Source: Desulfomonilia bacterium
GTDB taxonomy: Bacteria; Desulfobacterota; Desulfomonilia; UBA1062
Assembly (NCBI GenBank): GCA_963664325.2
Contig: CAXXDQ010000003.1
Location: 192,001 to 256,000, forward strand
Direction of reading: 5' to 3'
DNA length: 64,000 bases
Shown here one piece after another: positions 1 through 9,264 of the stretch. Below the pieces are notes generated by a model. The model made no database searches, had not been told where the DNA came from, and saw only the letters and a program-made list of their open reading frames with translations. Numbering within the stretch: the stretch's first letter is position 1; each line of letters starts with the position of its first letter. Both the position numbers and the translations under genes were made by a program.

Positions 1-317
1 GCCTTGATCCACCATACGGCATAGGTCATCAGCCTGTAACCCCTGTAGGGGTCAAATTTGTTGATCGCCGTAATCAATCCTATGGCGCCTTCCTGAAAGA
101 TATCCTCAATCGGCAGCTTGTATCCTGAATATTCGAGAGCAATGTAGACGACGTTTTTAAAGTTGGCGTTTGCAAGGCTCTGAGCGGCTTCAATGTCACC
201 CTGTTCTATAAAGCGTGTTGCAAGTGCGAATTCCTCGTCCCTTCCTAGCGACGGAATGCCTTCGAACCTGTCGAGGAGCTCTGCAACCGGGTTATTGTGT
301 AGGCTTTTATTGTTCAT
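1..317 (-). CDS. Sigma-70 family RNA polymerase sigma factor, RpoH-like (5' part; runs off window)
   Basis: Manual translation from ATG at 317: MNNKSLHNNPVAELLDRFEGIPSLGRDEEFALA...LPIEDIFQEGAIGLITAINKFDPYRGYRLMTYAVWWIK, matching sigma regions 1.2-2.3. Not in the ORF track because it is truncated. Confidence 0.85.
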   Translation of the reverse strand, partial: MNNKSLHNNPVAELLDRFEGIPSLGRDEEFALATRFIEQGDIEAAQSLANANFKNVVYIALEYSGYKLPIEDIFQEGAIGLITAINKFDPYRGYRLMTYAVWWIK

Positions 318-322
318 TTTAT

Positions 323-832
323 TTATTTTTTATTCAGCATGGTCATGATTTCACGCATGAATGAAGGCAGATCCGAGGGCCCCCGTGAAGTTATAAGATT
401 TCTGTCCACCACGACCTCGCGGTCTTCGAAAAATGCACCGGCTTCTTTCAATTCCACACCTACGGATCTGTATGAAGTGGCATGCCATCCCTTCAGCAGT
501 CCTGCACTTATCAGGACCTGAGGTCCGTGACATATTGCTGCTACCGGCTTGCCTGATTCGAAAAAACTGCGGGCAATCTCAAGCGCCTTTGTGTCCTTTC
601 TCACTTTTTCCGGGGCTTTGCCGCCTGGAATGACAAGAATGGCGTATTCTCCGGCGTTTATTTCACCGAAGGCCCTGTCGGCATCCACCTTGTAACCATG
701 GATCCCTTTTATAGGACCCTTTGCCTGTGCCGCCACATCCACGTCTATGGCGGCTTCCTTCAGCCTGTAATATGGAACCAGCAGTTCAAGGTCTTCAAAA
801 TTGTCCGAGCTTATGATCAATGCCTTCATCAT
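323..832 (-). CDS. PfpI/DJ-1 family type 1 glutamine amidotransferase-like protein
   Basis: FEDLEL, IPGG, AAICHGPQ (catalytic Cys-His) and LITSRGP motifs. Confidence 0.92.
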   Translation of the reverse strand: MMKALIISSDNFEDLELLVPYYRLKEAAIDVDVAAQAKGPIKGIHGYKVDADRAFGEINAGEYAILVIPGGKAPEKVRKDTKALEIARSFFESGKPVAAICHGPQVLISAGLLKGWHATSYRSVGVELKEAGAFFEDREVVVDRNLITSRGPSDLPSFMREIMTMLNKK

Positions 833-886
833 GTCCCTCCGTAAATCCGGGGATTATTCAGTCTTGAAGTGAAAGATACAGTCCGG

Positions 887-1507
887 TCACTGTTTCAGGA
901 GATCTTCAAGCCTTTTGTTCACTTCCGGCCAGTTGACTATGTTCCAGAAAGACTCTATGAACTTTGCCCTGTCGTTTTTATAGTCGACGTAATATGCATG
1001 CTCCCATACATCCAGCACCATAAGTATCCTGAACATCGGATAAACATTGATGTTATGCTTTTCCACCTGCATTATCACCGGCCTGTTGGTGAGTCTGCAA
1101 AAGGTCAGTGCAGCCCATCCCGAACCCTCGGTGCTTGATGCCGTCAGGGAGAATATCTTTTTAAACCTGTCGAACGAGCCGTACTCTTCATCTATGACCT
1201 TCGCTATTGTCCCTGACGGAATTCCGCCCCCGGGCCCGCCTGCGGGTGCCAGATTTTTCCAGAACAGGGAATGAAGCAGGTGTCCGCCTATATGGAATGA
1301 AAGCTCTTTGAAAGTGGCTTTCGCGTCAAAATCGAGGCTTTCCGTCCTTGCCTTGTCCATTTTTTCGAAAATGGCGTTTGCTCCGTTTACATATGCGGCA
1401 TGGTGTTTGTCATGATGAAGCCTGAGAAGTTCCTCCGATATATAAGGTTGAAGAGCGTTATAACCGTAAGTGAGATCCGGTAGTACATACTGTTTTTTTG
1501 CTTCCAT
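887..1507 (-). CDS. sod: Fe/Mn superoxide dismutase
   Basis: LHHDKHH, HSLFW, GSGW and DVWEHAYY signatures. Confidence 0.97.
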   Translation of the reverse strand: MEAKKQYVLPDLTYGYNALQPYISEELLRLHHDKHHAAYVNGANAIFEKMDKARTESLDFDAKATFKELSFHIGGHLLHSLFWKNLAPAGGPGGGIPSGTIAKVIDEEYGSFDRFKKIFSLTASSTEGSGWAALTFCRLTNRPVIMQVEKHNINVYPMFRILMVLDVWEHAYYVDYKNDRAKFIESFWNIVNWPEVNKRLEDLLKQ

Positions 1508-1801
1508 GATTTTTGTCTCCTTTTCATTTTTTGTTTTACCCTTTGACGGCGGAGCTGAATTCCATTTTTTAAAATTGTTTCAGATCCTGTTATGAGTTAT
1601 CAGCCGGCACCGGATTTTCCTCAATCAGGCGAAACCTTATTTTCTGTTGCGAAATACCTGATAATCAAGGGGATATAAGAGCTTGCAATAAAGGGCAGGT
1701 TTTCAGTGCTTTTTCCGCCTGCGGAGAACTGTAAATCCGCTTTTGCCGACTTCGTTTCAAAGGCAGTTACTTTTTTATTTTAAAAAGATTAAGGTAAAAG
1801 A

Positions 1802-2941
1802 ATGTTCACCTATCAGAAGACGAACCGGTATTTTGCCCAGATTGCGGACGGCATGGAGGAACTGGGCAAGGAGGAGCTTGCCTCGCTCGGGGCAGAGGAT
1901 ATCAACGTTGTCTTTCGCGGGTTGTTCCTGACGGCCGACAGGGAAGCCCTTTACCGCATCAATTACATGACCAGGCTGTGTACGCGCATACTTGCGCCGC
2001 TCATCACCTTTGACTGCCACAGCACGAAGTACCTGTACAGGACCGCGCAGGGCATCGACTGGCCGGCGCTCTTTTCCGTTAACCAGACATTCTGCATCTC
2101 GGCGAATCTCACTAACAGCAAGATAAGACATTCCCAGTATGCATCGCTTTGCCTGAAGGATGCGATAGTCGACCAGTTCAGGGAGCGTTTTGAAATGAGG
2201 CCAGATGTGGAACGGATAAACCCGGACATCCATATCAACCTGCACATAGACAGCAACAAGGCCACCATTTATCTGGATACATCGGGAGGCTCGCTGCACA
2301 GGCGGGGATACAGGAATGAGGCGGTTGAAGCGCCCATGCAGGAGAACCTGGCCGCGGCAATTATCAAGCTGTCGGGCTGGGACGGCCGGACGCCTTTATA
2401 TGACCCGATGTGCGGTTCAGGCACATTGCTTTTTGAGGCCTTCATGCACTGCTGCCATATCCCTGCCGGCTACCGGCGTGATAATTTCGGATTCACTTTT
2501 CTTCCCGATTTCGATAGTTCACTCTGGGGATCTGTCAAATCTGAAGCAGATGCAATGGTGAGAGAACTTCCCAAAGGACTGATAGGCGGGAGCGATATTC
2601 AGGAGCAGGCGGTTGCAGCGGCGCGGGCCAATGCGCGGAATCTCCCCGGGGGCAGGGCGATAACGTTTAAAAGGTCGGGGTTTATGGACCTTCCTGATCT
2701 CAATGAAACTACCATTGTGTGCAATCCGCCTTACGGCAGGCGTATGGGTACAAAGGATGAAATGGGTCTCATGATGAAGGATTTCGGGGATTTTCTCAAA
2801 CAGCGGTGTAAAGGCTCGACAGCCTACATATATTTCGGAAACAGAGAGCTCATAAAAAAAGTCGGGTTGAGGTCGGCATTCAAGATCCCGCTAAAAAACG
2901 GCCCACTCGACGGCAGGCTGGTGAAGTACGAGCTTTATTGA
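1802..2941 (+). CDS. THUMP-domain class I SAM-dependent RNA methyltransferase (RlmL/YpsC-like)
   Basis: SLHRRGYR, APMQENLAAA, DPMCGSGT and NPPYG motifs. Confidence 0.92.
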   Translation: MFTYQKTNRYFAQIADGMEELGKEELASLGAEDINVVFRGLFLTADREALYRINYMTRLCTRILAPLITFDCHSTKYLYRTAQGIDWPALFSVNQTFCISANLTNSKIRHSQYASLCLKDAIVDQFRERFEMRPDVERINPDIHINLHIDSNKATIYLDTSGGSLHRRGYRNEAVEAPMQENLAAAIIKLSGWDGRTPLYDPMCGSGTLLFEAFMHCCHIPAGYRRDNFGFTFLPDFDSSLWGSVKSEADAMVRELPKGLIGGSDIQEQAVAAARANARNLPGGRAITFKRSGFMDLPDLNETTIVCNPPYGRRMGTKDEMGLMMKDFGDFLKQRCKGSTAYIYFGNRELIKKVGLRSAFKIPLKNGPLDGRLVKYELY

Positions 2942-2957
2942 TATGTCAGACTCAAAT

Positions 2958-2985
2958 AAAAAGGCAGCAGGTTGTTCCTGCTGCC
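2958..2985 (-). terminator. Intrinsic terminator between convergent genes
   Basis: ggcagcagg-ttgtt-cctgctgcc stem preceded by A5 (U-tract on minus strand). Confidence 0.7.
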
Positions 2986-3010
2986 ATGGAACTTTTGATC
3001 GTAACCGGTG

Positions 3011-4507
3011 CTAAGCTGTTTTCGGAGGCTTGATAAGAACGGCTGCAAGCAGAATACCCAGAACAGCAAGGCCGGCCGTCGGCCAGAATGCAAACTGCAG
3101 TGAGCCGAAGATATCTTTTGCAAATCCCGAAATCAGTCCGCCAAGGATTGCACCTATGCCGTATGCGAAAAAGACAACGCCATAGTTCCTTGCATAATTT
3201 TTAATTCCAAAGAATGCTGCCGTAGATGTCGGCGCTATTGCAAGCCATCCGCCGAGGCAGAGCCAGAACAGGATGAATGACGCCACATAAAGTGCTACAT
3301 TCCCTTCCTTAGCAAGGAGCATTATGCATGATGCGATAAGTATGAGTAAAAGGTTCAGCAGTGCAGCTGTACGGGGAGTGGATTTGTCGATGATTGTTCC
3401 GAACAGCGGCCTGCCTACAGCATTGAATATTGCGAACACGCCGACAAGCGATGCTGCGAACGCCTTGTCTATTTTAATAACCTCTGTACCGACAGTACTT
3501 GAAACACCGATAGCCATAAGGCCTGCAAGGCTTCCTATCAGAAAGCACAGGAACACGCCCCAGTATGTGCCGGTCTTCACCATTGTTGCAGCGTCAAGGT
3601 CCACAACCGCTGCCGTTCCCGCTGCAGGCGTCCAGCCTGCCGGTTTCCATCCGGTGACCGGGAATTTGAGAGGAAGGGACAGGAGGAATATGATTACAAG
3701 GAATGCAATGCCGAAATATATGAATGTCGTGGAAAGGCCCACTGAATCAAGAAGCAGGCTGGCGATTTTTGCGGTAAGAAGGGCTGACCCGCCGAAGCCG
3801 GCAACCGTAAGGCCGACAGCGAGGCCCTTTTTGTCTGGAAACCATCGTGCGGCAATGGCAATCGGGCAGCCATAGGCCAGTCCCACTCCGCTGCCTGCGA
3901 TAACGCCGTAAGTCAGGACCAGCAAATATATATTTGTTGCAAAACCTGAGAGGAACCAGCCGGCGGCAACAATCAAACCGCCGATTATTGTCAGATTCCT
4001 GGGCCCTATTTTTTCCATAATTCTGCCGCCAAAGAACATTGTTACGGCAAAGAAAGCCAGGAATATCATAAACGGCAGATTGCTCTGGAATGATGATATC
4101 TTGTTTATTGATAGCAGTATATCAAGCTTATCGGGATTGAGCCCTTTGAGATGAGTTACGAACGCCTCGGCCTTGATGGTTTCCTTGACAGGATCAAGTT
4201 TGAATATCTCGATGACATAAGGTACATCCAGGGTTGAGTGCCTTGCCTTGAGTTCGGCGGCCTTGTCTTTTTTCAGGCCGTATACCTTGCCAAGCAGCTC
4301 TTTGCCGTGTTTATCCTGATTGATGGCCTCTATTTCCGGAACAACTGCAATTGCGGTTAATGTGTTGAAATACTGTTCAACCGGTTTTTTGAATACGCTG
4401 TAGGCGTAAACGGTGCCGAGACACAGGTTGATAACAAGTCCCAGTATAACCAGCAGCCACCTTCCCGATTCGGGCTTCATACCGAACAATTTTGTATCCT
4501 CCGACAT
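3011..4507 (-). CDS. OFA (oxalate:formate antiporter) family MFS transporter with a large hydrophilic insertion after TM1
   Basis: NLCLGTVYAYSVF, RWFPDKKGLAVGLTVAGFG and FNAVGRP motifs; hydrophobic helix pattern typical of MFS. Confidence 0.88.
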   Translation of the reverse strand: MSEDTKLFGMKPESGRWLLVILGLVINLCLGTVYAYSVFKKPVEQYFNTLTAIAVVPEIEAINQDKHGKELLGKVYGLKKDKAAELKARHSTLDVPYVIEIFKLDPVKETIKAEAFVTHLKGLNPDKLDILLSINKISSFQSNLPFMIFLAFFAVTMFFGGRIMEKIGPRNLTIIGGLIVAAGWFLSGFATNIYLLVLTYGVIAGSGVGLAYGCPIAIAARWFPDKKGLAVGLTVAGFGGSALLTAKIASLLLDSVGLSTTFIYFGIAFLVIIFLLSLPLKFPVTGWKPAGWTPAAGTAAVVDLDAATMVKTGTYWGVFLCFLIGSLAGLMAIGVSSTVGTEVIKIDKAFAASLVGVFAIFNAVGRPLFGTIIDKSTPRTAALLNLLLILIASCIMLLAKEGNVALYVASFILFWLCLGGWLAIAPTSTAAFFGIKNYARNYGVVFFAYGIGAILGGLISGFAKDIFGSLQFAFWPTAGLAVLGILLAAVLIKPPKTA

Positions 4508-4732
4508 AAAAATATCCTCCCATGAATTTTAAGAAATTAGCGACGGACTATATTGAACTAGAGGTTCCGATGTCAATCGGGAAAGTGACATATTGTATTA
4601 CCAGCTTAATATTAAAGGACAATAAAATGAATTTCCAATCGGTTGTGAATTACAGTTATATCTTGCAAGAACCACGGTTTGGGGGTATGCCGTTTCAGAT
4701 ATTAATAATTAAAGATTATCAAGGAGGGGTTT

Positions 4733-6016
4733 ATGGCAGGTAATGAAAATCTTGAAAGCAAACGCTGGGGAATAGCCACAGCCGCTGTTGTCATGCAGCT
4801 GTGTCTCGGTACGGTTTACGCATGGTCGGTCTTCAAGAAGCCTCTGATGGGAGCTCACGGATGGGAAGAAGCAGCCACGCAGTATACCTTCATGATATTC
4901 ATGTTCACGATAGGTTGCGCTGCTGCGTTCGGCGGGACTCTCGTTGACAAAAAAGGGCCTAAGTTTGTTGCAACGGTCGGAGGTATTCTTTTCGGTTTAA
5001 GCACGCTGCTCGCTGGTGTTGCAGACCAGATAGGCAGCCTTCCTCTCCTGTATCTTTCTTATGGTATTATAGGCGGGCTCGGTAACGGGTTCTGTTATGT
5101 TACCCCGATAGCCACACTGATCCGCTGGTTCCCCGATAAGAGAGGGCTTGTTACAGGCCTGGCAGTCATGGGATTCGGTTTCGGTGCATTCTTCATGGGC
5201 AAGATCGCGCCCATGATGATCGGATCTTTTAAAGGCGGACTCACAGCATCAGGTGTCGCCCTTACATTCTATATATGGGGAGCCATTTTCCTGGTGCTTG
5301 TTGTCGGCGCAGCCCAGTTTTACAAGAACCCGCCGGCCGGCTGGCTTCCGGCAGGATTTACACCTTCCGCAAGCTCTGTCTCGGCGGCGGATTCACTCAT
5401 GTTCGGCCAGGCTGTGAAGACCCCTCAGTGGTGGATGCTCTGGGCCATGCTGTTCCTGAATGTCTCGGCCGGTCTCGGACTCATCTCCCAGCTTTCTCCG
5501 CTTGCACAGGATTATTACAAACCCCTGGTTACCGACCCGTCCATAACGGGTGAAGCCCTTGTCAAGGTTCTCGCTGCGGCAGGCGGTACGGTGGTATCCA
5601 TAACGGCCATATTCAACGGACTTGGCAGACTTTTCTGGGCCAGGGTTTCCGACTCCATTGGCAGAAAGGCCGTCTTCGGGACCATGTTTGCCACACAGGC
5701 CGTTATTTATATCCTGATTGCGCTGGGAATCCTTTCAAATTACTGGGTATTCATGATTGCAGGCTGCTACCTGCTGGCATGCTACGGCGGCGGTTTTGCA
5801 ACCATGCCTGCATTTGCTGCGGATAACTTCGGACCCGGCTACATAGGCAAGGTGTACGGCTTCATGCTCACGGCCTGGGCCTGTGCAGGCCTTGTCGGCC
5901 CGTTCGTGTTTGCAAAATTCAAGGGTCAGGCCCTTTATATTGCTGCGGCGCTGCTCATTGCAGGACTTTTAATAGACATTGTATTCAAGAACAGGACAAA
6001 GAAGGCTGCGGCATAA
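4733..6016 (+). CDS. OFA family MFS transporter
   Basis: QLCLGTVYAWSVF, RWFPDKRGLVTGLAVMGFG, FNGLGR and YGGGFATMPAF motifs. Confidence 0.9.
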   Translation: MAGNENLESKRWGIATAAVVMQLCLGTVYAWSVFKKPLMGAHGWEEAATQYTFMIFMFTIGCAAAFGGTLVDKKGPKFVATVGGILFGLSTLLAGVADQIGSLPLLYLSYGIIGGLGNGFCYVTPIATLIRWFPDKRGLVTGLAVMGFGFGAFFMGKIAPMMIGSFKGGLTASGVALTFYIWGAIFLVLVVGAAQFYKNPPAGWLPAGFTPSASSVSAADSLMFGQAVKTPQWWMLWAMLFLNVSAGLGLISQLSPLAQDYYKPLVTDPSITGEALVKVLAAAGGTVVSITAIFNGLGRLFWARVSDSIGRKAVFGTMFATQAVIYILIALGILSNYWVFMIAGCYLLACYGGGFATMPAFAADNFGPGYIGKVYGFMLTAWACAGLVGPFVFAKFKGQALYIAAALLIAGLLIDIVFKNRTKKAAA

Positions 6017-6022
6017 AAAACA

Positions 6023-6049
6023 AAAAGCGGGCTTTGGCCCGCTTTTCTT
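6023..6049 (+). terminator. Intrinsic terminator
   Basis: aaaagcgggc-tttg-gcccgctttt perfect stem right after the MFS stop. Confidence 0.75.
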
Positions 6050-6125
6050 CACTGATAAAATCCCTTTACAATGCATTAATTTTCCCTCATAAAAATCAGG
6101 AAGCCAAATAATCAGGGAGGTCTGC

Positions 6126-6773
6126 TTGTCAAAAGAAATTATTTCACAGATATTAAGGAACAATGAAAAGTTTGCCGCCGACCGCGGCGAGGGCTATTTC
6201 AAGCCTCATTCCACAAGCCAGCAGCCCAAGATAACGCTTGTATCCTGCTGCGACTCCCGCGTGCAGCCCGGGATAATAGACCCCGACCCGATAAATAAAA
6301 TATTTACCGTCGAGACTATCGGCAATCAGATGACATCGGCCCAGGGTTCGGTTGACTACGGCATTCTTCACCTGCACACCCCGGTGCTTTTGATCATGGG
6401 GCACACGGACTGTGGAGCGGTAAAGGCGTTCATGAAGGGCTATGATAAGGAAAACGATGCGATCAAACGTGAACTTGACAACATGAAGCCGTCGCTCAAG
6501 GCTGTTGCCGATGGAGCGGATTTCAATGCTGAACTGATAAGCAACATCAAGAAAAATGTCGATTATCAGGCGGGTGTAGCGGTTGAAAGGTATTCAAAGC
6601 TTGTTGATGCAGGCTCGCTTATGGTGATAGGGGCGGTATATGATTTTCAGAATGCCTTCGGCAAGGGATATGGAAGGCTTCTGATCAGGAGTATAGATGG
6701 TAAAACCGGTCTCAAAAGGGAAGATATGCTGGCCTGCGGCGTGGATTTGAAAGATGCGTTAATTCAGGATTGA
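6126..6773 (+). CDS. Beta-class carbonic anhydrase
   Basis: CCDSRV and GHTDCGAV zinc-ligand motifs; TTG start with GGGAGG RBS. Confidence 0.92.
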   Translation: MSKEIISQILRNNEKFAADRGEGYFKPHSTSQQPKITLVSCCDSRVQPGIIDPDPINKIFTVETIGNQMTSAQGSVDYGILHLHTPVLLIMGHTDCGAVKAFMKGYDKENDAIKRELDNMKPSLKAVADGADFNAELISNIKKNVDYQAGVAVERYSKLVDAGSLMVIGAVYDFQNAFGKGYGRLLIRSIDGKTGLKREDMLACGVDLKDALIQD

Positions 6774-6787
6774 GGGGTAATATTGAC

Positions 6788-7168
6788 GTGACCCTGGAAG
6801 AAATAAAAAAGGAACTGGACGGAGAAGTTATTGTCGGGCATGAGAAGCTTGCAATTGATCTGAAGACGGCATTCGCTGCAGACCTGATGAGCGACGTCCT
6901 TGCTTTTGCCCGGTCGGGCTGCCTTCTGATAACCGGGCTGACCACCGCGCAATCAGTCAGGACTGCGTTTGCCCTGGACATTGCTGCAATAATCATATGC
7001 CGCGGTAAAAGCCCGCAGGAACAGGCTATCGAAATAGCAAAAGAGCTTCATATCCCGATTATACGTACGCAATATATCATGTTCGAAACATGCGGAATAC
7101 TTTACAGGGCCGGTATTTACGGCTGTATACGCGAGGTCTGCAGCGGGGATAATACCTGTGGCACCTGA
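6788..7168 (+). CDS. DRTGG-domain protein
   Basis: AADLMSDVLAF...LLITGL...RGK motif; GTG start at 6788 chosen from the GAGGGG RBS (ORF track starts at 6770). Confidence 0.82.
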   Translation: MTLEEIKKELDGEVIVGHEKLAIDLKTAFAADLMSDVLAFARSGCLLITGLTTAQSVRTAFALDIAAIIICRGKSPQEQAIEIAKELHIPIIRTQYIMFETCGILYRAGIYGCIREVCSGDNTCGT

Positions 7169-7604
7169 CAGCAATTTCGGGGGATATTTTACAGTCAAGG
7201 GCCGCGAATTCATCGATGCAGGCCTGATCTCAAGCCAGATAAAGAAAGTGCTCAAGGAACACGGTGTTCCTGAAGAGGCGGTAAGGAAGGCTGCTGTCGT
7301 AGTATTCGAGGCCGAAGTGAACATCATCTCCTATGCGGACGTCGGGACAATATCGTTCAGGGTTGAGGACGGCGTCATCACCATCGAGGCAATAGATAAG
7401 GGCGCAGGCATTCCCGATATAAAAAGGGCGCTGATAGAAGGGTTTTCAACAGCGGACGACCAGGTAAGGGAGATGGGATTCGGGGCCGGAATGGGACTGC
7501 CGAATATCAAGAAGTTTTCCGACATATTCGAGATAAATTCGGAAGTCGGCAAGGGGACAACCCTTAAAAGCATAATAAAAATTCAGGAAAAGGACGGGCT
7601 TTGA
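7158..7604 (+). CDS. RsbT/anti-sigma-like Ser/Thr kinase (HATPase_c)
   Basis: EAEVNI, DKGAGI, GFSTA...REMGFGAGMGLPN and GKGT boxes. Confidence 0.88.
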   Translation: MAPDSNFGGYFTVKGREFIDAGLISSQIKKVLKEHGVPEEAVRKAAVVVFEAEVNIISYADVGTISFRVEDGVITIEAIDKGAGIPDIKRALIEGFSTADDQVREMGFGAGMGLPNIKKFSDIFEINSEVGKGTTLKSIIKIQEKDGL

Positions 7605-7605
7605 T

Positions 7606-7944
7606 ATGGATTTAAAAACTATTGTTAAAAGCCTTGGTCTTGAGGTCTTCTGCTGTGAGAACAGGCTTGAAGGATCTGTTGACGGCGGTTATTCGGGCGA
7701 CCTGTTGAGCGATGTCATGGCAAATGCCAAAAAAGGCAACGTATGGATAACCAGGCAGGTTCATCCGAATACCGTTGCCGTTGCTACACTTAAGGAGCTT
7801 TCGGCGATCATTGTTGTCAAAGGCGCAAAACCCGATGCCGACACCTTGAGCAGGGCCGAAAAGGAAGGCGTTCCTGTCCTGGGGAGCAGCCTGCCCGCGT
7901 TCGAGACTGCAGGCAGGATTTTTAAACTCTTTGGGGCTTCTTAA
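7606..7944 (+). CDS. DRTGG-domain protein
   Basis: GGYSGDLLSDVMANA...VWITRQVHPNTVAVA motif. Confidence 0.85.
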   Translation: MDLKTIVKSLGLEVFCCENRLEGSVDGGYSGDLLSDVMANAKKGNVWITRQVHPNTVAVATLKELSAIIVVKGAKPDADTLSRAEKEGVPVLGSSLPAFETAGRIFKLFGAS

Positions 7945-7968
7945 GGCCCTGCACTTCGTACAGGCGGG

Positions 7969-8709
7969 GTGATGCGCGTATTTTCCTGCGACCTTCATAT
8001 ACACACATGTCTTTCCCCCTGCGCCGAACTCGATATGCACCCTTCGGCCGTTGTCAGAAAGGCGCTCGAAAAAAAACTGGATGTCATCGCAATATGCGAC
8101 CACAATGCCTCTGAGAATGCCGGTTATGTAATGAATGCTGCAAAAGGAACGCCACTGGTTGTCCTTCCGGGCATGGAAGTGACAAGCATGGAAGAAGTTC
8201 ATATGATTGCCCTTTTTGATACCCTTGAAGCCCTCCAAGCGCTCCAGAAAACAGTTTATGAGAATCTTGCGGGGCAAAACGACGAGGACGTATTCGGGGT
8301 GCAGGCGATTGTAAACGAACTCGGGGAGGTCGAGGGCTTCAACCAGCGGCTGCTGATAGGTGCTACAGGCCTTTCCTTGAACCGTCTTGTGGACACGGTG
8401 CATGCACTTGGAGGTCTTGCCGTTCCCTCGCATATCGACCGTGAAATGTTCGGCCTGCTGGCCCAGCTGGGATTTGTCCCCCCTGATGCCGCTTTCGATG
8501 CGCTGGAAATTTCCGCCAGGACGGGTATAAAAAAGGCCAGGGAACTCTACCCGGAGCTTTCCGGACATGCCTTTATCACGTCGTCCGATGCCCATTATAT
8601 TTCAGATATCGGCAGTTCCCCGACATGGCTTTTCCTTGAGGCCCCGAGCCTTGCGGAAATCGGGCTGGCCCTTAAGGCCGCAGCCGGAAGAAGGATTGAG
8701 GAGCGATAA
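7969..8709 (+). CDS. PHP-domain phosphoesterase
   Basis: DLHIHTCLSPC, ICDHN, EEVH, SHIDR and SSDAH metal-binding motifs. Confidence 0.9.
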   Translation: MMRVFSCDLHIHTCLSPCAELDMHPSAVVRKALEKKLDVIAICDHNASENAGYVMNAAKGTPLVVLPGMEVTSMEEVHMIALFDTLEALQALQKTVYENLAGQNDEDVFGVQAIVNELGEVEGFNQRLLIGATGLSLNRLVDTVHALGGLAVPSHIDREMFGLLAQLGFVPPDAAFDALEISARTGIKKARELYPELSGHAFITSSDAHYISDIGSSPTWLFLEAPSLAEIGLALKAAAGRRIEER

Positions 8710-9248
8710 TGATCGAACTGGCGCTCCACATACTTGATATCTCACAGAACTCGCTCAGGGCCGGTGCGAGCCTCGTTGAAATAACATTGGTTGAAGATAT
8801 CAAAAAGGACTGTCTTTCCATATGTATAAAAGACAACGGCTGCGGCATGAATGCTTCGGAAATCGAAAAGGCGCTCGACCCGTTCTATACGACAAAAAAA
8901 GTTAGAAGGATAGGGCTCGGGCTCCCCATGCTCAAGCAGGCCGCCCTTCAGGCCGAGGGTAATTTCGTAATTGAATCCGAGCCGGGCAAAGGGACATTAA
9001 TATCTGCGGAATTCAGGCATTCCCACATAGACAGGCAGCCCATCGGTGATGTTTCAGGGGCTGTGGTCGCGCTCGTTCTTGAGAAGCCTGAAGTCGATAT
9101 ACTCTTCACCTACAGAAGGGACTCCTTCGAATACGTACTTGACACAAGGGAAATCAGGGAAACCCTTGGCAGCGTACCTTTGAATAACATGGATGTAATA
9201 GGATATATCAGGGACAGCATAAGGGAAGGCATGTCCTCATCTGATTAA
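8709..9248 (+). CDS. Stand-alone histidine kinase-like ATPase (HATPase_c)
   Basis: ELALHILDISQNS, DNGCGM, DPFYTTK, GLGLP and HIDRQPIG motifs. Confidence 0.88.
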   Translation: MIELALHILDISQNSLRAGASLVEITLVEDIKKDCLSICIKDNGCGMNASEIEKALDPFYTTKKVRRIGLGLPMLKQAALQAEGNFVIESEPGKGTLISAEFRHSHIDRQPIGDVSGAVVALVLEKPEVDILFTYRRDSFEYVLDTREIRETLGSVPLNNMDVIGYIRDSIREGMSSSD

Positions 9249-9264
9249 TGAGAGGGAAGGCACC

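Noticed and set aside
7612-8595. 327-aa minus-strand ORF, and similar long antisense ORFs across icmF, recCBD, galM and tup genes
   Set aside because: Shadow ORFs opposite well-supported genes with no recognisable motifs.
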